A stretch of 64,000 bases of DNA from Octopus sinensis (taxonomy: Eukaryota). Location: the NCBI RefSeq assembly GCF_006345805.1, contig NC_043003.1, positions 53,878,001 to 53,942,000 of the forward strand, in the 5' to 3' direction. This document shows, in pieces, positions 13,386-25,620 of this stretch. How positions within the stretch are numbered: position 1 is the stretch's first letter; each line of letters begins with the position of its first letter. A model generated the notes under the pieces. The model saw nothing but the letters and a program-made list of their open reading frames with translations, made no database searches and was not told the origin of the DNA. The translations under genes and the position numbers were made by a program.

Positions 13386-13632
13386 GTGGAGGCGCGTGGC
13401 TTAGTGGTTAGGGTGTCAGCATCATGATCGTAAGATTGTGGTTTAGATCCTGAACCGGGCGACGCGTTGTGTTCTTGAGCAAAACACTTCATTTCGTGTT
13501 GCTCCAGTCCACTCAGCCGGCAAAAATGAGTAACGCTGCGATGGACTGGCGTCCCGTCCAGCTGGAGAACACATACGCCATGGAAACCGGGGAACCGCAC
13601 CCACGAGCCTGCTAGGCTTTAAAAGGGGGCAT
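13386..13632 (+). mobile_element. tRNA-derived SINE family C
   Basis: GTGGAGGCGCGTGGCTTAGTGGTTAGG head; body CTGCGATGGACTGGCGTCCCGTCCAG..GGAAACCGGG. Confidence 0.85.
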
Positions 13633-13663
13633 TTATTATTTAATTTACACACACACACACACA

Positions 13664-13729
<66 letters not shown>

Positions 13730-14459
13730 GCACATATGAAACCTTGACCAACAGGAAAATATAGGCATAGATGCATACACAGAATTGAGATTTATATCCA
13801 ATGTGTACGAGTGTGTGTATATACGTGTGTGTATATACGTGTGTGTATGTATGTATGCACGTGTGTGCGTGTATGCGTGCGTGTATGTGTGCGTGGTTAT
13901 AATGGTGCTTGTTTCCATCATTCTCTTCAGCGTGTCAGCGTGTTCTGATGCATAGAGTTACGTTCAAGGAAAGCTGTGATTACGATGTGGTCTCGATACT
14001 GTTGGCGTGTATTCGTTATTCTTTCATTCCTCTCGGTTTGAAGCATTTCTTGCATCTCAGACGAATTTGTATTTGCAGCAAATATCTCATGTTATTGTAT
14101 ACATGACGTGCCAATGACACGATCATAAATCCACAGACCTGCAGTTAGATTTCGTTGTCTGTCGAGTCTTTCCCTCGTTTGGCTGGGCCCAAAGTGACAA
14201 TCAGTTTCTTGGTCACGCAACTGATGTAACAGCCTGTTCGTCTTTTCAGACGCAATGATATCCACAGATACTTCTGCATAATCGCCTCTCGAACAGTTCA
14301 GTTAGTGAACATGCTAGGATCAACAGGCGTGCTTACGTCATCTCCTTTTGAACCAGTCAGATAGTACACCTATTTTGTGAAATGACGTGTTACGTTCAAT
14401 TAGTGATTTAGATATAATGCTTTAATAAAACGTTTTAATTCTCTCTTTCTCCTTTCTAA

Positions 14460-15247
14460 TACAGGACACAAGGCCTGATATTTTAAGGCAAAGGGTTTAA
14501 GGATTATATTGACACCACTGCTCAACGGGTGCTTATTTTTCCTTCTCCGGGATGATGAAAATCAAAGTCGAACTAGTTGCATTTGTACTCAGAACGTAAA
14601 GCCGGATGAAATATCGCTAAACATTTTGTCCGTGGTGATAATGATTCTTATTTCTTTACTGCCCACAAGGAGCTACACACAGAAGAGACAAACAAGGACA
14701 GACAAATGGATTAAGTTGATTATATCGACCCCAGTGCGTAACTGGTACTTATTTAATCGACCCCGAAAGGATGAAAGGCAAAGTCGACCTCGGCGAAATT
14801 TGAACTCAGAACGTAGCGGCAGACGAAATACCTATTTCTTTACTACCCACAAGGGGCTAAACACAGAGAGGACAAACAAGGACAGGCAAACGGATTAAGT
14901 CGATTCTATCGACCCCAGTGCGTAACTGGTACTTATTTAATCGACCCCGAAAGGATGAAAGGCAAAGTCGACCTCGGCGAAATTTGAACTCAGAACGTAG
15001 CGGCAGACTAAATACCTATTTCTTTACTACCCACAAGGGGCTAAACACAGAGAGGACAAACAAGGACAAGTAAACGGATTAAGTCGATTCTATCGACCCC
15101 AGTGCGTAATTGGTACTTGATTTATCGACCCCGAAAGGATGAAAGGCAAAATCGACCTCGGCGGAATTTGAACTCAGAACGTAACGGCAGACGAAATTCC
15201 GCTAAGCATTTCGCCCGGCGTGATAATGATTCTGCCTGCTTGCCGCT
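14460..15247 (-). mobile_element. Nin-domain-like SINE family D with three 184-bp internal tandem units
   Basis: CCCCGAAAGGATGAAAGGCAAA at 14761, 14945 and 15129 (period 184); minus strand GCCTTTCATCCTTTCGGGGTCGAT..AAGTACC is a Nin-type core; tRNA-like head at 15180-15247. Confidence 0.85.
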
Positions 15248-15798
15248 TTCAAAATGATTTAATAATGAGTGTTGCTAAGCCGTCAGGTGATGGAATTACA
15301 ACATGATATATATATGGCTGCAGCAGAAAGCAGGTGGGAATCACTATATGGTGGCAGTTTTGCTGATCGCAGCAGACATAGCTGTGGTGAAGAGCTGACA
15401 AGCTACGAAACAAATCTGAAACAACTTTTACATGACAATCCTGATTAGCCACAACAGAAAGTGCGATGAGCGCGCACCGAAATCAGTCTTATTCCAACAC
15501 AACATCTCTAGCTTCTCGACTATTCGTTTTAACAGAGATGTAGCTTAGCTTATATAAAACCTACTGCGAGCTCACCTGACTGCTTTTAACCAAAAGTTCG
15601 GATCACCTCTGACAACTCTTACATTATTAAGCACCAACAAAATTCTTTATCCATTTAGTTTCACATAAGATGCATGAAGCTGATTGGTTATTCGAAGCAA
15701 TAACACATTTTTGCTAATTACTGTAAACAGCCCTTTCTTCCCTACAAACGTCATACCCATACGTATGTATGCATATTAGTTCCAAGATACACCTCGCA

Positions 15799-16240
15799 GA
15801 TGCTCTGGAATGCATCACCAGTGGTACTCCCGTGTTCTTAGAGGGTTCCAGGTTTTTCAATATCAGACACCTCAGTGAATACAATCAGGATTGATGAAGT
15901 TCTGGCTTACATCCCAGATGTAACAAGCTACAGGTATTCTTTCTTTATCCAAAGCCATCTTTTGACTTTATCTGCGTCTCTTTGTTACGTCAATAATTTC
16001 AAACCCGGTCTGAGTCTTTTAGAAAAACCGTCCAACAAAACCGATTAGTCTACCTCTCTTGGCTCGCTGCGTGTTTGCAAGTTTTGGCTTCTGAAGTGCT
16101 CTGCTACCTCCTGACATTTAGGAAGTCTTTTCTTATGAGCCTCCTCAATGTGTTCTTCCTAGGACACAGTCAGTTACCGCATGAACATCTGTTAGATGGA
16201 TTATGAGAAGAGAATGCCTTGCTATTCTGCAAAAGCCTGT
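15799..16240 (-). pseudogene. HERO-like (REL-encoding) non-LTR retrotransposon 3' relic
   Basis: minus strand reads LTVS*EEHIEEAHKKRLPKCQEVAE..EV..GFVGR..RWLWIK, matching the ELTVPWEE..EAHERK..KY..EVGCRGF..RWLWIK C-terminus of HERO-type proteins. Confidence 0.7.
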
Positions 16241-16320
16241 ACATATAACTCTTCATTATAATTGTAACAGTGTGTTAAATATAATCTCGCCGTCGAATCT
16301 ATTTGTAACACGCTTTTTGC

Positions 16321-16572
16321 TGGAGGTGCAATGGCCCAGTAATTAGGGCAGCAGACTCGCGGTCGGAGGATCGCGGTTTCGATTCCCAGACCGGGCGTTG
16401 TGTGTGTTTATTGAGCGAAAACACCAAAAGCCCCACGAGGCTCCGGCAGGGGTTGGTGGCGACCCCTGTTGTACTCTTTCGCCCCAACTTTCTCTCGCTC
16501 TTTCTTCCTGTTTCTTGGGGGGAACACATACGCCACAGAGACTAGGAAACTGGGCCCATGAGCTTTAAAAGT
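16321..16572 (+). mobile_element. SINE family B 5' part fused to family C 3' part
   Basis: 16321-16511 matches family B; 16515-16572 GGGGAACACATACGCCA..GGAAACTGGGCCCATGAGC matches the 13562-13625 tail. Confidence 0.75.
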
Positions 16573-16590
16573 GTATAATATCTGTGTTAT

Positions 16591-16972
16591 AGGCCTAGTA
16601 TGGCCGAATGGTTAAGAAATTCTCTTTACAACCACAAGCTTCTGAGTAAATGTCCTTTTCTAAAGCGTGATATTTACTCATATCTTGTGAATGAAATTGG
16701 GTAGACGGAAACTGTGTTGAAGGCCGTCGGATAGATTCTATCCGTTATTGAAACGCTACAGTCTTGTCGCGCACTGTGTCCCGTTGAACCTGCTTAAGAA
16801 TTACGTGAGAAGTTCACGTGTCAATGGAATGATCACTCACTTACATATGAATTCATGAGCAGCTGTGATAAAGTTATATAGGAAATTACATTTTCTCAAG
16901 ATGCCTTGTAATGGGACCGAATCTGCGACTTCGTGATTGCAAAGCAAACTTAATTATTCGGCCATACTGTGC
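16591..16972. mobile_element. Degenerate SINE fragments (family A heads on + and -, family E-like body)
   Basis: CTTGTGAATGAAATTGGGTAGACGGAAACTG; ..AATGGGACCGAATCTGCGAC.. Confidence 0.5.
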
Positions 16973-17589
16973 TTACTACTTAGAGACTGTACAACTGAAT
17001 CCTCATCGACAAATGACGGAAATCCACCACCACTGTCCCTGTGTAATATTTACTTCATGTCGAAATTAAAATCCCATATCGATGTGCAATTAATAATTGA
17101 ATAATAGCCCGTTGTCGTTACATTTATTAAATGACCAGTGGAAAATGTAAATAAAACCAGTTGTGTTTGAGATAGAAGTGAATTTGTTAATTCCATACAC
17201 GTGTTTCTCAGCTTTCTGTATTTGAGTAAAGTGAAACCGAACACCCATATTAAGGGCATGAATCTGTGCCTAACTTCAAGATCTAGTTCCCTTCGTCTTT
17301 CTTTTTATCTCGCTTTCAATCTATGAATCAATAAATCCATACAACTATAAGGAACAGAGTCGGTAGAAATTGTAAAGAGCCAGACTAAATTGTACAACAA
17401 CAATTTGTCTTGTTCCTCTTGTTCCAAGTTTGAAATTCTCGCCGGAGTAGTCTTTCTTTATCTTACATGAATCCAAGAGCGGCTAAAATAAATATTAGCA
17501 ATACACAGCGTCAATTTAATCAATTGATTATAGCCCCGAAAGGAGAGTGGAGGTGTAGTTATGTAAGAAATCAGTATCACAAATCATGC

Positions 17590-18049
17590 TACCTACCTAC
17601 CTACCTACCTACCTGTCTATGTATGTATGCATGTATGTATGTATGTATGTATGTATGTATGTATGTATTTATGTATGTATGTATGTATGTATCTATCTAT
17701 CTATCTATTTAGCTATTGGCCAAGCTATATTGAATTGAGACTTTTCAAAATATAATAAATCTTCCAAAACATGGGGAACACAGAAAGAACACAAGAGAGA
17801 GATAATAGGAGGTCGTAGAGAGAAAGACAAAGGCAAAACGAAAACAAACAGAAAAGAAATGAACAGAGAGAGAGGGAGAGAGAGGGAGAGAGAGGGAGAG
17901 AGAGAGAGAGGGAGAGAGAAGGACAGCGAGAGAAGGAGGAAGAGGAGATAGATAGATATAGAAAATTAAGAAAGGAGAAGTGATATATATGTATGTATAT
18001 ATTATGTATATATACATGTATAGGTATATATGTATATAAATACATATGT

Positions 18050-18083
<34 letters not shown>

Positions 18084-18974
18084 ACATGCATACATACATG
18101 TATATGTATATATATACATATATATGTATATGTATGTGTATGTTTATGTGTATATATATATTATATATACCTATATATATATATGTATACATATGTATAT
18201 TTATACATGCACACACTCACACACATACATATAATATATATAGATACACTCATATAGATAAATATATATGTATATATATGTATATATATGTATATATATA
18301 TACACACATATCTACATATTATGTATGTATGTATGTAGTATATACATATATATATATACATGCACATATATACATGAATGCACAATTATATATACATATG
18401 TGCTTATATATATATATATGCTTTATTATATATATATATATATATTATATAATATATATATATATATACATGGTGGAAGAAGGGGAGAGAGAAAGGGCGG
18501 GAGTAGACAGAAGAAACTGGAAGCAAGGCTTGAATTGATTAATTCCAAACTTGATAAGAATGGCAAATAGTCAGTTTAGGGATTAAATATTTAGTTTTAA
18601 TATTGGATTTGGAATCATTTCTGATGTTCACATTTGTACATTTAAGTGTCCTTCACAGTGTGTATGCGTATGTGTATGTATTTGTGTATGTATGTATGTG
18701 TGTATATATGTATGCATGTATGTGTGCATGACTGTATGACTAAGTATGTGCATGCATGTATCATACATGTATATATACATACATGTGTATGTATTCTTAT
18801 ATATATATATATATATATATGGATATGTATGCATGTCTTTCTGCGTGCCTGTATGGATAAATGTTTCTCTGCATGTGTTTACGTACATGTGTATATATGT
18901 ATATATGTATATATGCATGTATGTGTGCATGAATGTATCATACATGTATATATATAGACATCTATATGTATTCT

Positions 18975-19006
<32 letters not shown>

Positions 19007-19280
19007 GGTATGTATGTATGTCTTTCAGCGTGCCTGTATGGATATATGTTTGTATGCATGTATGTACGTACATGTTTATGTGTGTATGTATGTATGTATG
19101 TATGTATGTACGTACGTACGTATGTATGTATGTATGTATGTATGTATGTATGTATGTATTATGTATGTATGTATGTATGTATGTATGTATTGCATGTATA
19201 GATGGATGGATGAATGGATGGATGGATGGCTGGATCGATGTACGTATGTATGTATGTATGTATGTGGGTGTGTATGTAAT
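17590..19280. repeat. Compound (TACC), (TATG), (GA), (TA) and (GGAT) microsatellite field
   Basis: direct reading. Confidence 0.9.
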
Positions 19281-19859
19281 GTTCTTCAGGTTTTAATCTT
19301 CCGAATTTCTCACCAATGTATATAGAATCAGTTTCCAACCTTGAAATAAGGATATTTTATCTGAATTCCGACAACACCAACAAGGCATGTATTGTATGCC
19401 TGTGTAGCCGTATTTATTCACGCATGCGCGTATACATGCATATATGGACGCATTGAAGCGTTTATGTTATGTATGCATGTGTGTACGAATTTGGATGTCA
19501 TTGTATGTACAAATTCGCCTGTCTCTACCTATGAATGCGCGCGCAAATGTATGTTTGTACGAGTACCAATGCACTTAATTCCAGCTAAACTTTTCGATTG
19601 TCTTACTCATTTTTATAGCGCCTTTAATGATATGTACATTTAATTTCCTAATTATTTGTGCTCTTTCAGCCTTTGTGAGGCTCTGTTTCTCAATATTGGT
19701 GTTGAAGCAGTTAGTTTTGTAACATCTCATCGACTTGTGAAGATAAAATTGGCTTCAAAACTCAAGAACGGAATCGACCTATGTTTTTGTAATCAAAGTA
19801 AACTGTGACCAAATTCCACCTATGGAGCTGCACGTCTTGCTAATTAAAAGATGTTGAAT

Positions 19860-20027
19860 AGGCGCAGGTATAGTTGTATGTTAAGAAGCTCGCTTTGCAA
19901 TCACGAAGTTTTCGGTTCCGTCCCACTGCGCGGCAACTTGGGTACGTGTCCTCTGCTATAGCCCCCAGAGCGATCTATATCTTGTGAGTGAATTTGGTAG
20001 ACGGAAATTGCGTGGAAGTCCGTCGTA
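19860..20027 (+). mobile_element. SINE family A, 5' half
   Basis: AGGCGCAGG..GGTTCCGTCCCACTGCG..CTTGTGAGTGAATTTGGTAGACGGAAA. Confidence 0.8.
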
Positions 20028-20079
20028 TACATACGTACAAACATACATACACGTATACATACATGCACGCACACACACT

Positions 20080-20130
<51 letters not shown>

Positions 20131-20150
20131 CCGCGCGCGCGCGTGCGCAG

Positions 20151-20537
20151 AGTAAAAACAATTGATATGGAAGATAGAATGTACTAGAAACTTTATTTGT
20201 CACAAAGATCGTTTCGACACATCCTGCACTGCACTGCTCCGTCGTAGGTAGGAGACTATAAAATGAATTCCAATGGCTTCTCGTTACATAATTTGCGTTT
20301 CATTATTAAGCTTACCTAGAGCATGTTGATAGAAGTCGCATCTAAAATACATTGAGGAGGAATGTAACGAGAACCCAAGTTGTATCATCTGAAGAGATGC
20401 TTCTGCACTGCGGGGTACACTGGAATTCATTTTATAGCTTTTCACCCACGAAGGAGCAGTGCAGGATGTGTCAAAACGATAGTTGTGATAAATAACGTTT
20501 CCAGTAGTTTCTCTCTTCTGTATTAATTGTTTCTACT
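20151..20537. mobile_element. Fold-back element (~120-bp diverged inverted arms) carrying decayed hammerhead motifs, PLE-terminus-like
   Basis: arms 20151-20272 and 20421-20537; arm consensus TCAC-CYACGA..GAAACGATCGTT-GTGA; inner hairpin TTCTCGTTACAT/ATGTAACGAGAA. Confidence 0.7.
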
Positions 20538-20724
20538 ATACTCAATCTGAACTGTGAAATTCCTAACGTAGATCCAGCAACGAGTGTGCAATTACCGTGG
20601 TGTAACGTCAGGCAGTCATAAGCAGTGAATGTGCTTTACCGACATACTACCAGGGAATACTCAAAACACAGTTTGAATTTTAAATTTAAATCCAAACTTT
20701 AATTATATATACATATGTGTGTAT

Positions 20725-20950
20725 GTGTGTGTGTGCATGGGTCTGAATTTTTGTTTGTTCCCCATCACAGCTTCCCAACCGGTGTTGGCTGTTTACATCG
20801 CCGTAGCAATGGTTTGCATAAAATGATGATAGCACAGGTACCGAACTTAAAAATAAGTACTGGGTTCGATTTATTCGATTAAACCCCTCGAAGTGGATCC
20901 CTAATGTGACCACAGTCCAATGACAGAATTCAGCAAAAACTAAAAGGTAA
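20725..20950 (+). mobile_element. SINE family A, 3' half (diverged)
   Basis: CAACCGGTGTTGG..GTTTACATC..AAGTACTGGG.TCGATTT. Confidence 0.7.
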
Positions 20951-21534
20951 AAGCACATCATTAAATACTTGTCTTCTCAGCTGTTTGTTCAACTTTGATG
21001 AGATTGTTACTATTACCGTGATCCCGAGGGTACATTTTGACATAGAGTATATGTTTTACATTAGAGTTTGGCATCCAAATTGGCAGGTGTTTTTGCCATT
21101 GTAGTGCCATTGTCTTCGAACATCAATTATATTTCTGCTCTTGTCATCTTGTTTGCTATGTTACATCACTGCTGAAAGCAGGCTTGTAAAGTTCTTTATA
21201 TTTCGATAGACATACAATTTTTTTAGGTACGTATGTATGTCTATGTATGTATGTATGTATGCATGTATGTATGTATGTATGCATGTATGTATGTATGTAT
21301 GTATGTATGTATATATGTATGTATGTATTTATGTATGTATGCATGTATGTATGTATGTACATATATGATTGCGTGCATATATGAATGGTTGTATCTATGT
21401 ATCTATGTATGCATGTATGTATACATATAGGTATGCGTGTATCCTTACATGTCATTGTATATTTCTGAATCACTATGTTTTGACAAATGTCTATGAAAAT
21501 ATGGCTTCTCTTGTGTATATATATATATATTTTA

Positions 21535-22170
21535 CATATTTTCAGAATTTCACTTTGAGATTGCAATATCCTAATTAACTGCGTTCTTTTTAGTTTTATG
21601 GACGCCAACTCCTCAACATTAGTGCTGAGATACTTAGTTACATGTCCAAGTGTCTTAATAGTCAGTAGTATAATTCTAACGTTAAAGGCTCTTTCCCTTT
21701 TGACTTTAACATTGTGCTGTATCGGACAGTTGATTTCTACTACTGCTCACTCTTTTTTTCCTCTATACTAGATCACTACTCGGTCTTTTATGTCGACATA
21801 TGAAAAGGATTTTGACGGGAACATTCCTCAAGTATTCCTTAATAATTTTGGTGAGTATGCTTACCACATCATTAATTTCTTATATCTATTTTATCTCCCC
21901 AACTATCCTTTTCTATACATTGCATTGCGAGTATACGCTTTTGTCTGGTGTTTCGCCCGCGTCTCTATCCACATTATGCATAAGATATTTTGCTATTTCC
22001 TTTTCCTGGATTTCAAAATCATACAGTTCAACTTGAGAGCTACTATATCCGTTGTTCCAAGACAGAGCAGTGTGGTAATGTTACTGTTTACTCTGAAGTT
22101 TTTGACAACATATCTTCTGCTCGATCTTCTGCTGATACGTGACAAAGGTGGTGATCTGATATTTTGTTGA
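21535..22170 (-). pseudogene. R4/Dong-like REL non-LTR retrotransposon C-terminal relic
   Basis: minus strand SWNNGY..SSQVE..FEIQEKEIA, then NVPVKI..CRHKRP(D)..VVEINCP..HNV (a PD..E-type REL motif), heavily frameshifted. Confidence 0.6.
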
Positions 22171-22189
22171 GGTAGAGCTGTGTGAATTG

Positions 22190-22450
22190 TATGCAAGTAT
22201 TTCTTTCTTAGAGAATAATCTAAGTTCTTCGCAGAATTCAAACTGGTTGCAAACAAAACTATCCGCGTTCAATAAGACCATATTACATAACGCCTTTGCA
22301 GTTCCAGTGCTAGAACCAAAATTTGGGATTCTAAAATTAGACATCAAAATTAAGAATATTCTGGCCCTCATTGATAGTTTTCTATCTACAGTAACACTGA
22401 AAATATCAATGTCTAAAAGAAAGATAGAAGGAGAAGCAAGAAGTCGGTTC
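22190..22450 (+). pseudogene. R4/Dong-like RT thumb relic, inverted relative to the adjacent C-terminal piece
   Basis: QTKLSAFNKTILHNAFAVPVLEPKFGIL resembles the NK..AIN.FAVPV..Y.FGI thumb motif of R4-clade RTs. Confidence 0.55.
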
Positions 22451-22949
22451 AGAGAATCTTTAGGTGCCGTTCGGTACCACACTTAGGGAATTATAAAGAG
22501 AGAAATGAGTATATATACTCCTATTCAATAGTGATAATAATTTTTCAGAAGAGGTGAAGAACTGAATAGTTACTCCAAGCAATTCTATTTCACCTGATTT
22601 AAGACTGGATGGATTAATCAACTTAAACAGAAACTTGGTGGAGAAAATCTCACCATAACAGTATGAAGTTACACATGGATACAAATGTCACAAATGAGAG
22701 GATACCAACAATCTTGACTAAGAAAGCAGCTTCTCCTCAAACTGTGATATCAAATTCCACCTAGAAGGATACGCATGTTGCTATTCTGGAATAGAAAATA
22801 ACTATTGCGTATCGCATCACTAAGATACAGAAAGATACTTCCAAACATCCATGTTATGTCAGAAATTGCGAATTGTGCTATATTACGGTATCTTGTGTAA
22901 CACAAATAGAATAAGCATGAAAAGTGTATGTACGGTGGAATCATGTAGT

Positions 22950-23345
22950 AGGGCTGTTCAGAAAAGGCAAATGACAAAAAATCAAATATTTTAACAGTCA
23001 ATTTTTAAATTTCAAAACATGGAGTTATTTGCATGCTAAAAATGACTTTATTTATAATTCATTTATTAATTTTATAGTCATTTGAATATGGTTATTTATG
23101 GCTTTGTCTCTATGAGCAGTACTGAAGTCTGTAGTAAGGCAGTTCAGAAAAGGCAAATGCTATTTGTAATTATATTCTATTCAATAGTAATTTAATTTAT
23201 TTAAAATAGTCATTTTATTAAATTTATATCCTCGTTTTTTTTTTCATTATTTTTTAAAATTCTTTAAATATATCCATTTGTAACCTTGTCTCTGTATACT
23301 ACCGAAATTACAGTGCGTACATTATGTCCAGAAAAGGCAAAGTTG
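22950..23345. repeat. Degenerate ~185-bp tandem repeat (3 units)
   Basis: CAGAAAAGGCAAA at 22959, 23145 and 23329. Confidence 0.5.
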
Positions 23346-23520
23346 CCACGATTATCATTCATTTTTAATTTAATTTTTAAATGAGTATTAGTCAAATGAA
23401 AAAAAAACCAAAATTTTGTTTGAATTTTCTTGGAAATTTTTGAATTCCAAATGACTGCAAAAAATGGTAATTTTATATACTTTTAATTAAAATTTAACTA
23501 TTACTGCAATGACTGTAAAA

Positions 23521-23884
23521 ACACTGGACCAACCAATGAAAAATGCGAACGCATACTAGCAATATTCATAACAATTAAATCTGGAAAAGTAGAGGACACG
23601 AAAAAGCTCATTAAAATTAGAGCTTAAAATATTGTTGCAAAAATTAAAATTTTAGATTTTTATTAATTGATTTCGTACAAAAAAATAAAATTAAATTAAA
23701 AAAGGAAAAGTGAAATTAATTGAATTAAAAAAATATGAAAAGTTCCCAAGAGGTACTTTTTAATTTTGATTTTAGCAGCAATTTTTAAGCTAATTTTAAT
23801 GAGTTTTTCTTGTCCTCTAATTTTCCAGATTTAATTGTTAAGAATATTGTTAGTATGCGTCTGCATTTTTCATTGGCTAGTGTA
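23521..23884. mobile_element. Tc1/mariner-type MITE with ~125-bp terminal inverted repeats
   Basis: ACACT..CCAATGAAAAATGC..GCATACTA..AACAATTAAATCTGGAAAA versus ..TTTTCCAGATTTAATTGTT..TAGTATGCG..GCATTTTTCATTGGCTAGTGTA; ends at TA. Confidence 0.8.
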
Positions 23885-24151
23885 TATATATATATATATA
23901 TTTACAACATGCACACGCAAACACACTCACATACACACATGCGATATATATAACCTACTGTATCGAATCAAATACTTGCTGGTGAGCAGAACACGAGCAA
24001 ATGACCAGTAACATCTCCCAGAGTTGAATCCTTTATTATTAACCTCAGACATCATAATTATCGGCAAACACACCGCGTATCCTAAAATGTATCTACGTGT
24101 TTGGATATATTCTAATCTGAAATGTAATTCAAACCGCGAGAAAAATTTCCT

Positions 24152-24192
<41 letters not shown>

Positions 24193-24984
24193 GCACGCAC
24201 GCACGCACGTACACACACACACACGTACACACACACACGCACGCACGCACGTACACACACACACACACACAACACACACACAAAGCCACAAAAAGATCCC
24301 AATTTGTGGTGCTCATTCAGATCTGCTTAAGTAATCATATTTTTTCGTAGGAAGCTGTTCTTCAAACGAACCTGTAAATGTGGGACTAAAATAATGTCAA
24401 TCGCATTTCTTTCTAACCTTGGTCGCTATCCTGAACGAGTAGTGTAACTCTCCAGTGCTTTGGTGTCATGGGACCTATCGGTTTTTGACATCAGAGGTTT
24501 TTTCAGCCAGTGTTAAGTAATTTTTATATTTTTCGTTTCATTCAATCGACGCTTTTTGTTTTATATGTTTTAAATTTTTCGGTTTATATGTTTTATACAC
24601 TTTTCATTTTATGTTGAGTTCAAGTTCTATTTAAGCATTCCTAAGTAGTGTTAACATTATTTTTTAATACTGATATTGCCGTCAGATCGAGCGATTCTGT
24701 CCTATGTGTTGAACTTTGAAAATGGCCGATCGGGAACTGAAGTGGAGAAGTTCTTTTATATATAATATCTGTTTTCATTATTTGATTGTCTACTGTCTTC
24801 ATAGGCTTCCAAATATTTCTGATAACTCTAATTGAATTTTTAATAATTTTATTGATTTTTGAATAGGGAGTGTGATTTATAAAGGACTTTATTTGTAGTG
24901 CGTGTTATTTTTCTATGAAAATGTAGTTTAGTTCGTAGCTTGATGTTGATCAATAATGCTATATATATATAGTTTTATATATAT

Positions 24985-25377
24985 GACTTGTAGCATTGTC
25001 AATGGTAGTAGAATGGTCAAGTGTCCACAGCGGGTCACTTGACCATTCTACAACGATCCACAGCGAGCAGTTGTCCATTTAACATACTACTGTCATGGCA
25101 CTCCCACATTCTTCTTCTTCTTCTTCTTCTTCTTCCCTACCAAGAATTCACAACGACTACGAACCCACAACAGTACACAAGAGAGACAGAGACAGGCAGA
25201 AACAAGAAAAATGCCACTTGTATTTGAACTCTATGCAAATATTCTTATAAAAAATACTTATTTTAATTTTTCCAAAATTTAATTGTTTTCCATACTTACA
25301 GTTGAAAAAGTCTCAATGACTGAAACCGGTACTGAAATGTTTTTTATAAAATTATTTTCGCATTTTGACTCTCCCTT
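24985..25377 (+). mobile_element. Non-coding PLE-derived element between (TA)n tracts
   Basis: 16-bp perfect hairpin at 25008-25051, HHR at 25299-25334, and a 3' end CTCTCCC followed by a TA-rich tract, like the PLE end at 53803. Confidence 0.6.
25299..25334 (+). ncRNA. Minimal type I hammerhead motif, U3-A8 core variant
   Basis: CAG-TTGAAAA-AGTC(TCAAT)GACT-GAAA-CCGG-TA-CTG; stem II perfect, stem III palindrome ACCGGT, stem I only 3 contiguous bp. Confidence 0.65.
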
Positions 25378-25462
25378 ATATTATATATATATATCTATAT
25401 AATATATATATATAAATATATGAAAGAATGGAGTTGAACGACGAATTAACAAAATTCCTTTA

Positions 25463-25544
25463 TTTTCGACATATGTTTCGAAGGCTGCATATTCCTAATT
25501 GCGAAGGAATAAGGAGTTATTATGCCGCTTTCTCATCAGGAAAA
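25463..25544 (-). ncRNA. Type I hammerhead ribozyme motif with long stem II
   Basis: minus strand TTTTC-CTGATGA-GAAAGCGGCATA..TATGCAGCCTTC-GAAA-CATATG-TC-GAAAA; palindrome ACATATGT; GUC site (H=25468). Confidence 0.88.
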
Positions 25545-25620
25545 GCAAGAAATTTATGTCAACATCAAGATGCACAAAAAAACTTTTAGATGACTGCTTA
25601 CACGGAGCCCATAGTGAATT

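Noticed and set aside
14130-14350. Possible RTE-clade LINE 3' relic (similar hint at 54300-54410)
   Set aside because: Only weak motif resemblance; needs BLASTx
14650-15200. Regularly spaced repeats as a CRISPR array
   Set aside because: Whole 184-bp units repeat with no unique spacers; eukaryotic SINE context
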